A stretch of DNA of 64,000 nucleotides from an uncultured bacterium (GCA_963705505.1 CAVPJU010000001.1:96001-160000); one strand, 5' to 3'. Counted from the stretch's first letter, positions 18,517 through 30,097 are shown. Made by a program: numbers and translations. The notes: a model not told the origin generated them from the sequence alone.

Positions 18517-21240
18517 CTATCTTTTATTAAGAGCAGCTTTGGCTGCAGCGAGTCGTGCTATGGGCACCCTGAACGGCGAGCAGCTCACGTAGTCCATCCC
18601 TATTGAGTTCGAGAATTCTATAGACTGCGGGTCTCCGCCGTGCTCCCCGCATATGCCTACTTTCAAGTCGGGCCTGACCTTTCTCCCTTTCTCTATAGCC
18701 AGCTTCATAAGCTCCACGACGCCTATGTCGAGTGTCAGGAAAGGGTCTTTCTCGAGTATGCTCAAAACCTTGCCGTTTAGCGTCACTTTTTCGTTCATAT
18801 AAGTCTTTATGATTTTCCCCGAGTCGTCCCTCGACAGGCCGAACATCATCTGCGTAAGGTCGTTAGTCCCGAATGAGAAGAACTCGGCCTCGGTTGCGAT
18901 CTGATCCGCGGTGACGGCCGCCCGCGGGACTTCGATCATGGTGCCTATTTTGTATTTGATTTTCTTTTTGGATTTTTTGAGGACTTCGTCGGCTACTTCC
19001 TGAATGACGTCTTTTTGCGCCTTCATTTCCGTTACCATGGCCACGAGCGGGACCATTATTTCAGGGACCGCTTTCACCCCTTCGTTTGCCACCTCGGAGG
19101 CTGCTTCCATTATCGCGGTCACCTGCATTTTCGTGATCTCGGGTATCAATATTCCGAGTCTGCATCCCCTGAGACCGAGCATAGGGTTGAATTCGTGGAG
19201 ATCCTGCACTCTTTCGAGGAGCATTTTTTTTCTTTCGAGGCTTTTTGAAGATTGCTTCTCCAACTCGAGCTCCTTAATATCGAGCATCAGCTCTTCGAGC
19301 TTCGGAAGGAACTCGTGCAGCGGGGGGTCGATCAACCTTATAGTAACGGGGTGCCCCTTCATGTTGCGGAAAAGCTCTTTGAAGTCGTTCCTCTGCATCG
19401 GAAGGAGCTTAGATAAGTATTTATCTCTCTCCTCAGGTGTCTGCGAGAGGATCATGTCCTGCATTATGGGAATCCTGTCTTTGGCGAAGAACATATGTTC
19501 CGTACGGCAGAGGCCTATACCTTCGGCTCCGAACCTGTATGCGATTTGCGCGTCCCGCGGTGTGTCCGCGTTGGTCCTTACGCCGATTGTCCTGATGTCG
19601 TCGGCCCATTTCAATACGGATGAGAATATCCTGTAGTTCTCGGAATCCTCGGCTTTTAACTTTCCCTCGACTACCTGTATTATGTCTGACGGTATTACAG
19701 GCACGTGACCCGAATAGACTTTGCCTTCGAAACCGTCGAGTGAAATGAATTCGCCTTCCTGAACGACTATGTCTCCTGTCTGAAAACACCTGTTCTTTTC
19801 GTCTATGTTGATGTCTTCGGCTCCCACGATGCATACCTTTCCCATCTGCCTTCCCACGACGGCGGCGTGGCTGGTCCTCCCTCCGCGCGCGGTCAGTACC
19901 CCCTTGGAGGCGGCCATACCTTTAATGTCGTCGGCGCTTGTTTCCTTCCTTACCAGGATCGTGCTCCTGCCTTCCCCGCTGAATCTGACCGCGGTATCGG
20001 CGTCAAGCGCGACCGCTCCGGATACCGCTCCCGGCGATGCCGCGAGCCCTGTCGCTATCACCTTGTGCCTCTGTTTCTCCTCCGGGTTGAATATGGGGAA
20101 CAGGAACTGCTCCAGGTGTTCGGGCTCTATTCTCGATATCGCCTGTTCCCTGGTAATGAGTTTTTCTTTCACCATATCGTAGGCGATCTTTAATGCCGCG
20201 AGTCCCGTCCTCTTTCCGTTGCGCGTCTGAAGGAAATAGAGATTTCCTCTCTCGATCGTGAACTCGAAGTCCTGCATGTCCTTGAAATGCTTTTCGAGTG
20301 TGTTTGCGATCTTCGCGAGCTGGCGAAATACGGACGGCAGCTCGCGCGCAAGCTCGTCTATATGCTTGGGAGTCCTTATTCCCGCGACGAGGTCTTCGCC
20401 CTGAGCGTTCATGAGACATTCCGCATAGAGCTTCTTCTCACCGCTCGCGGGGTCTCTCGTAAAACCTACACCCGTTCCCGAGTCGTCGCTCATGTTCCCG
20501 AAGACCATGGCCTGCACGTTGGCGGCAGTGCCTATATCGTCGGGGATGCCGTACTGCTTTCTGTAGAATATTGCCCTTTCATTGTTCCACGAAAGGAATA
20601 CAGCGCGTACGGCCATATGCAGCTGATCGAGCGGGTTTTGAGGAAACTCCGTCTTCGCTTTCTTCTTGACGAGCTGTTTTGATTTTCTGATGACTTCTTT
20701 AAGAATATCGGGTGTGAGGTCGGGGTCGCTCTTTACCCCTTCTTTCTTCTTTATATCGGCGAATATGTGTTCGAACTCTTCCTTATCTATGCCGAACACC
20801 ACGTCTGAAAACATCTCTACAAGCCTTCTGTAAGCGTCCCAGACAAATATGGGATTATCGGTCTTTGTAGAAAGACGTTCGGCAATCTTATCGTTTAGTC
20901 CGAGGTTCAATATCGTATCCATCATGCCCGGCATCGAAAACTTCGCCCCCGAGCGCACCGAGACGAGAAGCGGGTTTTCAGGGTCCCCGAGCTTTTTGCC
21001 GATGAGCTTTTCGAGCTTCGACAGGTTGAGCTCGATTTCCTTCAATATGTTTTCGGGAATATGTCTCTTATGGTTGTAGAATTCAGTGCACGCTTCTGTG
21101 CTTATGGTAAATCCCGGCGGGACAGGCACGCCTATCCTCGTCATTTCCGCAAGGCCCGCGCCCTTTCCGCCCAGCAGGTCTTTCATGTCCCCTTTTCCTT
21201 CCGCTTTCCCGTTACCGAATAAATATATAAATTTCTTCAT
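18517..21240 (-). CDS. ppdK: Pyruvate, phosphate dikinase
   Basis: LLGGKGAGLAEM, VSVRSGA, TSHAAVV, GLCRTEHMF, FSFGTNDLTQ, GICGEHGG. Confidence 0.97.
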   Translation of the reverse strand: MKKFIYLFGNGKAEGKGDMKDLLGGKGAGLAEMTRIGVPVPPGFTISTEACTEFYNHKRHIPENILKEIELNLSKLEKLIGKKLGDPENPLLVSVRSGAKFSMPGMMDTILNLGLNDKIAERLSTKTDNPIFVWDAYRRLVEMFSDVVFGIDKEEFEHIFADIKKKEGVKSDPDLTPDILKEVIRKSKQLVKKKAKTEFPQNPLDQLHMAVRAVFLSWNNERAIFYRKQYGIPDDIGTAANVQAMVFGNMSDDSGTGVGFTRDPASGEKKLYAECLMNAQGEDLVAGIRTPKHIDELARELPSVFRQLAKIANTLEKHFKDMQDFEFTIERGNLYFLQTRNGKRTGLAALKIAYDMVKEKLITREQAISRIEPEHLEQFLFPIFNPEEKQRHKVIATGLAASPGAVSGAVALDADTAVRFSGEGRSTILVRKETSADDIKGMAASKGVLTARGGRTSHAAVVGRQMGKVCIVGAEDINIDEKNRCFQTGDIVVQEGEFISLDGFEGKVYSGHVPVIPSDIIQVVEGKLKAEDSENYRIFSSVLKWADDIRTIGVRTNADTPRDAQIAYRFGAEGIGLCRTEHMFFAKDRIPIMQDMILSQTPEERDKYLSKLLPMQRNDFKELFRNMKGHPVTIRLIDPPLHEFLPKLEELMLDIKELELEKQSSKSLERKKMLLERVQDLHEFNPMLGLRGCRLGILIPEITKMQVTAIMEAASEVANEGVKAVPEIMVPLVAMVTEMKAQKDVIQEVADEVLKKSKKKIKYKIGTMIEVPRAAVTADQIATEAEFFSFGTNDLTQMMFGLSRDDSGKIIKTYMNEKVTLNGKVLSILEKDPFLTLDIGVVELMKLAIEKGRKVRPDLKVGICGEHGGDPQSIEFSNSIGMDYVSCSPFRVPIARLAAAKAALNKR

Positions 21241-21301
21241 AGCAGTGTCCTTTCTGAAAAGTCTTTTTTAAACCCTCCGATTGAATTTATACCTTTACAA
21301 T

Positions 21302-23386
21302 TTATGTGCTCAGTTTGGAAAAATCAGCGATTTTGAAAAAGAGCTCCCTTATTTCCCAGAGCATCGATAGCCTGTTCTTTCTCAACTCGGGGTTCTCGTC
21401 CATCACGAGCACGTTATCGAAGAACTTATCGACGGGCTCTTTTAATTTCTTCATAATGGATAGGGATTCGGAGTAGTTCCTGTCCGTAATCTTCCTTCCC
21501 ACTTTCTCCCGTGTCTCCGTAAAGGACGAAAAGAGCTCCTTCTCGACAGGCTCGATAAGGAGACCTTCATTGACTTCATCCCTCGGCTGCCCCTTTACTA
21601 TATTCACCACGCGCTTGAAAGCAATCCCCAGAGAATCGAAATCGGGCGCCTTCCGGAATTCCGAGAGAGCTTCGATCTTCCTCTTCACTTCAACTATGTC
21701 GTCGAACCGGACGCTTATCACTGCTTCCACAACGTCCTGAGGGAATCCGTCGGAGATCATGATATTTCTGAACCGTTCTTTAATAAAGCCTGTTATATCA
21801 GTCAGGATATCATCCTGCGGCTGGGAGAACTTTCCACCGGTTTGATTGATGATAGTGCCGATGCTCGCCCTGAAAAGCTCGTTAATATTCAAATGGTAAT
21901 TTTTTTCGAGGATTATGTTTATTATTCCGATTGCCTGTCTTCTGAGGGCGTAGGGGTCTGAGGTCCCGGTCGGTGCGAGTCCTGAAATGAAACATGCCGA
22001 AATCGTGTCTATCTTGTCCGCGATGCTTATTACGGAGCCCAAATCGGTCGCCGGCAGGTCCCCTTCGCGGGATGTCGGCTTGTACTGCTCTTCTATAGCC
22101 CGGGCGACTTCTTTCTTTTCCCCCGAGAGGAGCGCATAGTATCTGCCCATGATGCCCTGGAGCTCGGGGAATTCGAATACCATCTGAGTTGCGAGGTCGG
22201 CCTTGGAGAGCTCGGCTGCCCTGATGACGTCGGTAAGCGATTCAAAACCGAGCGCCTGACCGATCTCTTTTGCAAGCTCCTTCAGCCTTTCAGTCTTATC
22301 GTGGTAAGTACCGAGGTCGGAGAGGAAAACCATTCCTTTGAGTTTCTTATTCTTTTCGGCAAGCGGCGTGCTCCTGTCTTCATCGTAAAAGAACCTCGCG
22401 TCCGTGAACCTCGCTCTTATGACCCTCTCGTTCCCCTTCACTACCACCTTGCTGTCCTTTGCCTTTGTCCCGGCTACGAATATGAAGTGGTGGAGGAGCG
22501 TTCCGTCGCCTGACCGGGAGAGCACCGGAAAGTATTTCTGATGGTTCTTCATCACGCTTATCAGGACTTCTTTCGGGAGCTCGAGGAAACCCTCTTCGAA
22601 ATCGCCCTTGAGAACAACCGGGTATTCGACTAGATAAGTAACGGTCTCCAGAAGCTCCTCGTCCTTAAGCGCGGTCCCTCCGATTTTCCCCGCAAGCTCG
22701 TCGATCCCCTTTTCTATCAAGCTTTTTCTTTTTTCCTGGTCGAGCATAACGTAGCCCTTATCGAGCCCTTTCGTATAGTCTTCCCAGCCGGATACCGTAA
22801 AGGGCTTAGGGTTCATGAATCTGTGGCCGCGGGATTTCGAAGAGCTTTTAACTTCCTCTATGTCGAAGCGAATAGTCTTACCGCCGTAGACCGCGAGTAT
22901 CCACCTTATAGGTCTCGCGAATACAGTCTCCCCGTCGCCCCACTTCATCGATTTCCTGAAGGGGAGCTCAGTAATTATCCTGGGGAGTATTTCTTTTAAG
23001 AGTGTTTCGGTTTTCTGTCCCTTTATTTTTTTTACCGCCGCCAGGAACTCGCCCCTGTCCCTCTTTACCGTTATAAGCTCGCTTACGTCCACGCCCTGGG
23101 ATTTCGCGAACCCGATTGTCGCGTTTGTCGGGTTCCCCTTTTCGTCAAAGGCTATCCTCACGGGGGGGCCGTAGGACTCCCTCGACTGGTCTTCCTGTTT
23201 ATCGCTCAGTTCCGTGACACGGAGAGTCAGTCTTCTAGGGGTGCCGAAGGACGAAATATTCCCGTAAGAGAGCGCGTTCTCGGCAAGCTCCTTGGACGCA
23301 ATCTCCGAAAGATTATCGATGGCATCCCTCATAAAGCCCGCGGGAATTTCCTCTGTCCCGATCTCTAATATCAGCTCTTTTCCCAT
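21302..23386 (-). CDS. glyS: Glycine--tRNA ligase beta subunit
   Basis: [33 protein letters not shown]; start at ATG 23386. Confidence 0.96.
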   Translation of the reverse strand: MGKELILEIGTEEIPAGFMRDAIDNLSEIASKELAENALSYGNISSFGTPRRLTLRVTELSDKQEDQSRESYGPPVRIAFDEKGNPTNATIGFAKSQGVDVSELITVKRDRGEFLAAVKKIKGQKTETLLKEILPRIITELPFRKSMKWGDGETVFARPIRWILAVYGGKTIRFDIEEVKSSSKSRGHRFMNPKPFTVSGWEDYTKGLDKGYVMLDQEKRKSLIEKGIDELAGKIGGTALKDEELLETVTYLVEYPVVLKGDFEEGFLELPKEVLISVMKNHQKYFPVLSRSGDGTLLHHFIFVAGTKAKDSKVVVKGNERVIRARFTDARFFYDEDRSTPLAEKNKKLKGMVFLSDLGTYHDKTERLKELAKEIGQALGFESLTDVIRAAELSKADLATQMVFEFPELQGIMGRYYALLSGEKKEVARAIEEQYKPTSREGDLPATDLGSVISIADKIDTISACFISGLAPTGTSDPYALRRQAIGIINIILEKNYHLNINELFRASIGTIINQTGGKFSQPQDDILTDITGFIKERFRNIMISDGFPQDVVEAVISVRFDDIVEVKRKIEALSEFRKAPDFDSLGIAFKRVVNIVKGQPRDEVNEGLLIEPVEKELFSSFTETREKVGRKITDRNYSESLSIMKKLKEPVDKFFDNVLVMDENPELRKNRLSMLWEIRELFFKIADFSKLST

Positions 23387-24258
23387 GGGTTCCTTTTCGC
23401 GAGCGGGAAACTCATTTCCTCCCTTTCGAGGAGATACCCCTCCGCGCACATCTTGGCGAGCGCCCGTACCCTGCCGATGTAAGAGGCTCGCTCCGCGACC
23501 CCTATGGCGCCGCGCGCGTCGAGCAAGTTAAACGTGTGGGAGCATTTGAGGCAGTAGTCATAAGCGGGGAGGGGGAGTTTTTTCTGAATGAGCCTCCTGC
23601 ACTCGGCCTCGAATTTATCGAAGAGGTCTCTCAACATCACCGGGTCCGATTCCTGAAAGTTGTATGTAGAGAACTCGAATTCGTCTCTGTGGTGGATCTC
23701 GCCGTACGTCACGCCTTTGGTCCATTCGAGGTCGTAGACGCTTTCCACACCCTGGAGATACATGGCGATCCTTTCAGTCCCGTACGTCAGTTCAGCGGAG
23801 ACCGGCTTGAGGTCTATCCCGCCCGCCTGCTGGAAATACGTGAATTGCGTAATCTCCATTCCGTCGAGCCACACCTCCCACCCGAGTCCCCACGCGCCCA
23901 GAGTCGGGGATTCCCAGTCGTCCTCCACGAACCTTATGTCGTGAGCGAGGGGGTCTATACCCAAGTATCTCAGGCTGTCGAGATAGAGATCCTGAATGTT
24001 TTTGGGGGAGGGCTTTATTATGACCTGGAACTGATAGTAGTGCTGGAGCCTGTTCGGGTTCTCTCCGTATCTGCCGTCCGTGGGGCGCCTCGAAGGCTCG
24101 ACGTAGGCGACGTACCAGGGCTCGGGCCCGAGGCACCTCAAAAAAGTCGCCGGATGGAACGTCCCCGCCCCTTTCTCGGTATCGTACGGCTGCATTATAA
24201 TGCAGCCCTTTTTTGCCCAGTAGATCTGGAGAGATAGTATCAGTTCCTGAAAGGTCAT
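23371..24258 (-). CDS. glyQ: Glycine--tRNA ligase alpha subunit
   Basis: [40 protein letters not shown]. Confidence 0.97.
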   Translation of the reverse strand: MTFQELILSLQIYWAKKGCIIMQPYDTEKGAGTFHPATFLRCLGPEPWYVAYVEPSRRPTDGRYGENPNRLQHYYQFQVIIKPSPKNIQDLYLDSLRYLGIDPLAHDIRFVEDDWESPTLGAWGLGWEVWLDGMEITQFTYFQQAGGIDLKPVSAELTYGTERIAMYLQGVESVYDLEWTKGVTYGEIHHRDEFEFSTYNFQESDPVMLRDLFDKFEAECRRLIQKKLPLPAYDYCLKCSHTFNLLDARGAIGVAERASYIGRVRALAKMCAEGYLLEREEMSFPLAKRNPWEKS

Positions 24259-24462
24259 TTGTTATCCTTCAGCCCGGAAAATTAGAGGGAAAATAATACC
24301 ATTATTTAAATTTTTTGGAAATCGGGCGGGATTGAACATCAAGTTCGGCGCATTTCATGTTGAGCTTGCTTTCGGATTCCGTGAGACACTCCGCCCTCCC
24401 GAGCTTCTGCACGTGCTGATTCATAGACAAAAAGCACCCCTCAGGTATCTTTCCAGATCGTT

Positions 24463-25503
24463 ATGGCGAAGACCACTTACAAGGGCTCGGGGGTCGATAT
24501 TGAGGCCGGGAATCTCTTTGTCGAGCTTATAAAACCGCTTGCCGGAACAACGGCAAATAAGCACGTGCTCGGCAAGATAGGCGGCTTTTCGGGAGCATAC
24601 GAGATTCCTCAGGGCAGATATAAGAAACCTGTGTTGGTGGCCGCGGCGGACGGCGTCGGGACCAAGCTCAAGATCGCGTTCATGACCGGAAGGCTCGACA
24701 CGGTCGGGATAGACCTCGTGGCGATGAACGTAAACGACATTATCGCGTGCGGGGCGGACCCGCTGTTCTTCCTCGATTATATAGCCACTTCGAGGCTCAA
24801 GCCCCGTGAAGGGGCCGAGATAATAAAGGGTATAGTCAAGGGGTGCAAGTCCGCCGGATGCGCGCTCCTCGGGGGCGAGACCGCCGAGATGCCGGGCTTT
24901 TACAGGCGTGACGAATTCGATCTCGCCGGGTTCGCCGTTGGGATTGTTGAGAGGGATCGAATATTAGACGGCTCGGCCGTCGTTCCCGGAGACGCGGTTA
25001 TAGGACTCGCGTCGAGCGGCCTTCATTCAAACGGATATTCACTCGCGAGAAAGGTGCTTTTGGAAAAGAAAAGATATAGGCTCGGAGATTCACCCTCACC
25101 GTTGTCACGCACGCTTGCGGACGAGCTGCTCGAGCCGACGAGGATTTATGTGAAAACGGTTCAAAAACTGAGGAAGGAATTCCGTATAAAGGCGATCGCG
25201 CATATCACAGGCGGGGGACTGCTTGAAAATATACCGAGGGTAATACCTAAAAAATTCTCTGCGATACTGGATTCCTCGAGATGGAAGCTCCCGCCTATTA
25301 TGGAGCTGATCGGAAGAGAGGGCCGTATCGATAGCGGGGAAATGCGGAGGACATTTAACTGCGGGATAGGACTCGTGCTTGTCGTGCCTGCCGATATTGC
25401 AAGCCGCGTACTAACGAGGCTTCGTCAGCTTAAGGAAACGGCTTATCCGATAGGGGAAATAGCGAAAAGGGGAAAGGAAAATCACGGAGTGATTATCAGC
25501 TGA
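24463..25503 (+). CDS. purM: Phosphoribosylformylglycinamidine cyclo-ligase
   Basis: DGVGTKL, GGETAEMPG, GLHSNGYSL, AHITGGG, TFNCGIG. Confidence 0.96.
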   Translation: MAKTTYKGSGVDIEAGNLFVELIKPLAGTTANKHVLGKIGGFSGAYEIPQGRYKKPVLVAAADGVGTKLKIAFMTGRLDTVGIDLVAMNVNDIIACGADPLFFLDYIATSRLKPREGAEIIKGIVKGCKSAGCALLGGETAEMPGFYRRDEFDLAGFAVGIVERDRILDGSAVVPGDAVIGLASSGLHSNGYSLARKVLLEKKRYRLGDSPSPLSRTLADELLEPTRIYVKTVQKLRKEFRIKAIAHITGGGLLENIPRVIPKKFSAILDSSRWKLPPIMELIGREGRIDSGEMRRTFNCGIGLVLVVPADIASRVLTRLRQLKETAYPIGEIAKRGKENHGVIIS

Positions 25504-25526
25504 CATCTGGAATTCTTCCCAAAAAA

Positions 25527-26522
25527 TTATCTTATGAACCCGCCGAATTGATATATGAACGTCGCTTTGATATTCAGTGTTTCCAAAGAGCCCCAGCCTT
25601 CCGGGAACGGAGAGAACGGGGCCGCCGCCTTGATCGCCCTGATCGCTTCGCTGTCAAGTCGCACGTAGCCCGATGAGCTCAATAGCTGAATATTCTCGAG
25701 CTCCCCGTTACGTTTTATAGTAAACACGAGGAACAGCTGCCCCTCTTCCCCGCGGTAGCGCGACTCTTCCGGGTAATTCCATACGTTTTCTATCTGGCTC
25801 TTCAGCTTTGCGAAATACGACAGGTATTTAAATTCTGTGGTGCTCAGCTCTACCGTATCTTCCTTTTTGTTGACGTCCCTGTCTCCGAGATAATCCTGCG
25901 TACTCTGCGAGCTCTCCGGGAAAGAGTTCGGGACGTTACTGAAAAGCTGCTCTTTCGTTATGTTCGGGACGGTCTTTTGCTGGCTGTTCTCGTTATTTGA
26001 TTTGGTTCCGCTCGCGCCTTCTTTAAACTGCTCCTTCGGTAATGAGGCGAGAGTTTTATTCCGGAGGACGTCCTCTCTCGTGATGGTTTGTTCGGCCGTC
26101 TCCCGCTTGGGTTTTTCAGCTACTTTAGTTTCCTGTTTCTTTGCTGTCTTTTTAGGTTCCTGTTTTTTAGTTTCCTGTTTGGGTCTTTGGGGAGGCGCCG
26201 GTTTTTGCGGAGGGGGTAGACTTATCGACCTCTTTGTGAATTCGTCTCTGGTTTTTTCTTCCTGGGCCGTGTGCGATCGTTCTGCAAGCCTTTTGGGATT
26301 CTCAGGCGGCTTTGTTTCTTTTTCCTTTGGTACGGGCAATTCGGTTATCTCGATATAGTCGGGCTCCTTCTTTTCTTTCTTTGCGAGCTTGTCGAGGTAC
26401 TCGAATTGATAAACTAAAATCAAGGCCAGTAACAGCAGGTGAAACAATATAGAGCCGATGATAAAAGGAAGGATGGGTCTTTTCCGGGGCTTTTTTAGAT
26501 GCTTCAGTCTGATCTGCTTCAC
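25527..26522 (-). CDS. TonB family protein
   Basis: N-terminal TM with SxxxH, P/K-rich linker, C-terminal WNYP...SSGYVRLD..AI. Confidence 0.85.
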   Translation of the reverse strand: MKQIRLKHLKKPRKRPILPFIIGSILFHLLLLALILVYQFEYLDKLAKKEKKEPDYIEITELPVPKEKETKPPENPKRLAERSHTAQEEKTRDEFTKRSISLPPPQKPAPPQRPKQETKKQEPKKTAKKQETKVAEKPKRETAEQTITREDVLRNKTLASLPKEQFKEGASGTKSNNENSQQKTVPNITKEQLFSNVPNSFPESSQSTQDYLGDRDVNKKEDTVELSTTEFKYLSYFAKLKSQIENVWNYPEESRYRGEEGQLFLVFTIKRNGELENIQLLSSSGYVRLDSEAIRAIKAAAPFSPFPEGWGSLETLNIKATFIYQFGGFIR

Positions 26523-26549
26523 TTGTTATAATGATACCACTCTCAATTT

Positions 26550-27395
26550 TTAATTTCTATTTTTCGTGGCTGTTTTTTCTTCATAGTTTATAAAAAACTT
26601 TAATATTGCCGAGTTCCAGCCGGAAGGGCCTTCCCCATCCGCAAGGATCAGGTTTTCGAGTTCGAATCCGCTTTCGTATATTCCGCCCTTTTTGCGGACC
26701 AGTACCGGAAAATCTACTGCTCTCAGCATCGGAAGGTCGTTCAGGCTATCCCCGATTCCTATCGTAGTGAGTTTACCCGACTCCGTTTTGTATAGACCGC
26801 TGACAATTTCTACCGCTTTCCCTTTGTCGTTTTCCCCGAGAATATGGTGGAACCTGCTTCCCCGGGTGTGGTTATACCCTTTTTCACGTAATTTTCTCCT
26901 GACTGTTTCAACCCCGGACTCATCTCCATATATAAGGAAGGGTTCACTGTAACTCCTCTCCCCGGCCAGTCCTGCCGATTCTTCATTGAGTCCTGTAGAT
27001 TCCATTATCTCGGAGACGGACATATCGGATATAGACTTCATATCTATCCCCGTTTCTTTCGCAACGGACCTCAGAACACCCCTCAGAGTTTCTCGCGGGC
27101 TCCCGGGCTCGATTACATGATATCCGTTTAATTTTTTATCGTAATTGAATTCGTGTGAGAAATATCCTTCCGGTATGAAGATGCCGCCGCCGTTTTCGGA
27201 TATGAACGGGTGGTTATTCCGGAGCAGCGATCTCTGTCTTTCAATCTCTCCGCGGGATTTGCTCGTACAGATAATGACGGGGATTTTTTCTTTTTCCAGG
27301 AGACGCAGCGCAGGGAGCGCGGGTTCGAATGAATATGTATCGTGGTCGAGGAGCGTTCCGTCGAGGTCCGTAAATATTAAGAATCTGTCAGGCAT
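26550..27395 (-). CDS. Mannosyl/glucosyl-3-phosphoglycerate phosphatase (HAD-IIB, MpgP/GpgP/YedP family)
   Basis: FTDLDGTLLD, CTSKS, ENGG, GDSLNDLPML. Confidence 0.88.
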   Translation of the reverse strand: MPDRFLIFTDLDGTLLDHDTYSFEPALPALRLLEKEKIPVIICTSKSRGEIERQRSLLRNNHPFISENGGGIFIPEGYFSHEFNYDKKLNGYHVIEPGSPRETLRGVLRSVAKETGIDMKSISDMSVSEIMESTGLNEESAGLAGERSYSEPFLIYGDESGVETVRRKLREKGYNHTRGSRFHHILGENDKGKAVEIVSGLYKTESGKLTTIGIGDSLNDLPMLRAVDFPVLVRKKGGIYESGFELENLILADGEGPSGWNSAILKFFINYEEKTATKNRN

Positions 27396-28605
27396 TGTCC
27401 TTTTCAACCGCTTCCTGCAGCATGTCGAGAATATCCGGGATGGCCGAGGTTACCCTGCTCCAGTTGGGGATCAGCGGCGAGCCCAAAGGGTCTTCGAGAA
27501 ATTGCCGGCTCGCTATCCTTATGCCGTTGGCGAAAGTCTCGACGGCGAGCACCTCTGCGTGCCTGTCGAAAAATAGACCGTTGATAGCCGCGTCGTCTTC
27601 ATACATTTTTATAGTATCCTGGGCGATTCTTAGATACGTGACCAGGAATGTATTGAAGATGTTGTCCGAGAAGGTTACGCCTTCGGACGACAGTGTCCTG
27701 AAGAGCGATTTCGATATATCCGCGCACATTTTGAGGAGCCCCCCTGTCTGGTCGTCCGGCGACACCTGCTGGTGCTTATGTTCGTAATTATCGGCGATGT
27801 CGACCTGGCATATCCTCTTTAGCGAGACGTTCCTGAATACCTCGGCGAGCGAGCCGACTTCGAGTCCCCAGTCTGCGGGTATCCTGTTGACTCTCACGAG
27901 GTCGGTCTTCATCGAGAATTCCCCCGCGAGGGGGTATCTGAAACTGTCCAGATATACGAGGAACGGGAGAGGCCCGAAAATCTTTTTAAGTGCCCTTATT
28001 GCGGGTGATATGAAAAGCCTGGTGACCCTTCCGTACATCCTGTCCGTTACCCTCGAGTAATATCCTTTACAGAATTCATAGTCCATGTTCGGGTTTGCGA
28101 GGGGATAGCACAATCTTGCCAGGAGCTCACGGCTGTATGTGAGGATGTCGCAGTCATGGAGCACTATAACTTCGCTGGTATCTTCTGCCAGAACGTACCC
28201 GTATGCGATCCATGCCGCCCTCCCTTTTCCGGGATCACCCGCATCGAGGCCGTTCTCCTTCAATAGATTAAAGAGAGAAGATATCCTTTCCCCGTCGTCC
28301 CAGATAATCTTATGGTTCTTCGGAAGGACGGAGAAAAACTCCCGGGCATGCCTGAATTCTTCTTCGTTCGCCCTCCCCAATGTTATAACTATCTCGTTCA
28401 GGTATGTAACGTCTTTTAGTTTTTTCAGGATATCTTTAAGGGCTTTTCTCTTGAGCTCCGAATAAAGACAGGGAAGCACGAGCGCTATAGGCCGCGTCTC
28501 GCAGAATTCCTGCAGCTGTTCTTCCAATTGCTCAACATTTTTCTTGTTGAGTCTGTGTAGTGTCGAGAAAGTTTCGGTCTGATAAAAGTCGCCCATATCG
28601 ATCAC
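27388..28605 (-). CDS. Glycosyltransferase, probable glucosyl-3-phosphoglycerate synthase (GpgS-type)
   Basis: MGDFYQ, GKGRAAW, LHDCDI, GRVTRL, YPLAGEF, DWGLE; overlaps the phosphatase gene. Confidence 0.75.
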   Translation of the reverse strand: MIDMGDFYQTETFSTLHRLNKKNVEQLEEQLQEFCETRPIALVLPCLYSELKRKALKDILKKLKDVTYLNEIVITLGRANEEEFRHAREFFSVLPKNHKIIWDDGERISSLFNLLKENGLDAGDPGKGRAAWIAYGYVLAEDTSEVIVLHDCDILTYSRELLARLCYPLANPNMDYEFCKGYYSRVTDRMYGRVTRLFISPAIRALKKIFGPLPFLVYLDSFRYPLAGEFSMKTDLVRVNRIPADWGLEVGSLAEVFRNVSLKRICQVDIADNYEHKHQQVSPDDQTGGLLKMCADISKSLFRTLSSEGVTFSDNIFNTFLVTYLRIAQDTIKMYEDDAAINGLFFDRHAEVLAVETFANGIRIASRQFLEDPLGSPLIPNWSRVTSAIPDILDMLQEAVEKDNA

Positions 28606-28758
28606 CTCCCCCGCTCACGAGCTATAAATGATAGCATACGGGCATTCGACCTCATAACGTTTTTTTGCTAGTGCCGGGGGCACACACCGATAGAGAATGG
28701 CCGGGTGTTTAGTGTTTCAATCAGCGCGGGACCGAGCCCGAGGGTGTCATCGGTATTG

Positions 28759-29517
28759 TCATAGTCCGTCGGGCAGGTCTGATCTCAGCTTCTCGAGGAA
28801 TCCGTAGTTCGTGAGGTCGAGGCTTATGGGTGTCACGGAGACGTACCCGTCCCTCACGGCGGCTATGTCCGAATTTTCTATCTCGAGCGAGCCCAGTTCG
28901 TATCCGCCTATCCAGTAGTACTTTTTCCCCCTCGGGTCCACCTTCTCGACTATTGGTTCTCCGTACACGCGCTTTCCCTGCCTTGTCACCAGAATCCCCT
29001 TTATCTTTTCGATCGGCAGATCGGGTATGTTCACGTTTAATATAGTATCCTGTGGGAGATTTCTTTCTAAAACATAGCTTGCGATAAGCTGCGAATAACG
29101 GGAAGCGGCATCGAAGTTGAAGTTAACCTTGGTCGCAAGCGATATTGCGAGGGAAGGTATGCCGAGGAGCGCTCCCTCCATGGCTGCGCTCACTGTCCCC
29201 GAATAGGTTATATCGTCTCCCAGGTTCTCTCCCTTGTTGATACCCGAGACAACGAGATCGGGTTTGTTTTCTTTGAGGATACCGTTTACGGCGATGTTGA
29301 TGCAGTCGGTCGGGGTCCCGTCCACTATGTAAATATTATCCGATATTTTTTCGATCCTGAGCGGCCGGTAAAGGCTCAGTGAATGACTTACGGCGCTCTG
29401 GTCCCTGTCGGGGGCGACTACAAAAACCTCCCCGAGCGCTTTAAGAGTCTCATGGAGCTTATGAAGCCCTTCCGAATTTATTCCGTCGTCATTCGAGATG
29501 AGAATCGTTGGAGGCAT
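28759..29517 (-). CDS. surE: 5'/3'-nucleotidase SurE
   Basis: ILISNDDG, VAPDRDQS, DGTPTDC, SGINKGEN, YSGTV; start ATG 29517. Confidence 0.95.
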   Translation of the reverse strand: MPPTILISNDDGINSEGLHKLHETLKALGEVFVVAPDRDQSAVSHSLSLYRPLRIEKISDNIYIVDGTPTDCINIAVNGILKENKPDLVVSGINKGENLGDDITYSGTVSAAMEGALLGIPSLAISLATKVNFNFDAASRYSQLIASYVLERNLPQDTILNVNIPDLPIEKIKGILVTRQGKRVYGEPIVEKVDPRGKKYYWIGGYELGSLEIENSDIAAVRDGYVSVTPISLDLTNYGFLEKLRSDLPDGL

Positions 29518-29629
29518 GTTTTCTTTACCGATTGAAAGGAAGCGCGGGATTAAGCAATACAAAATACACAATTAACCGCGTCGGGCAAGTTTTCTATATG
29601 ATCCTTCCGTAAGTAATCGTATCTTTACA

Positions 29630-29706
29630 TGGTCGGGGTGGCCGGAATCGAACCGGCGACCCTCGGCACCCCATGCCGATGCGCTACCAAGCTGCGCTAC
29701 ACCCCG
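29630..29706 (-). tRNA. tRNA-Pro(GGG)
   Basis: CGGGGTGTAGCGCAGCTTGGTAGCGCATCGGCATGGGGTGCCGAGGGTCGCCGGTTCGATTCCGGCCACCCCGACCA; cloverleaf, encoded CCA. Confidence 0.96.
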
Positions 29707-29752
29707 TATGAGTTTATGGAAATTTTTAATGGAAACAGGGGAAGGCGAACAA

Positions 29753-30097
29753 TTAACCCAGATTCTGCTTAATTGATTTCAATTCGCCCAGTATTTCATG
29801 CAGCAAAACGTTTACTTTTGTGCTGACTCGTTTCTGGTTAGATTCTTCTTTGAGCTTTTTCTTCGCGCCCGCTATTGTAAAGCTCTGCTCATAAAGCATA
29901 TTCTTGATTTTCATTATCGTGTGTATGGCTTCGCGGTCGTAGAGTCTCTGCGATTTCCTTCTGATCGGAGTTATTTCTTCGAATTCACTTTCCCAGTACC
30001 TCAATACATAAGGCTTTATGCCGGTAAAGTCGCTGACCTCTCCGATCCTGAAGTATATTTTATCCGGCAGACTTACTTCGGCTTTATTTTGCAGCAT
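29753..30097 (-). CDS. MerR family transcriptional regulator
   Basis: PDKIYFRIGEV..YVLRYWESEF; classic merR-tRNA-Pro-surE synteny. Confidence 0.9.
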   Translation of the reverse strand: MLQNKAEVSLPDKIYFRIGEVSDFTGIKPYVLRYWESEFEEITPIRRKSQRLYDREAIHTIMKIKNMLYEQSFTIAGAKKKLKEESNQKRVSTKVNVLLHEILGELKSIKQNLG

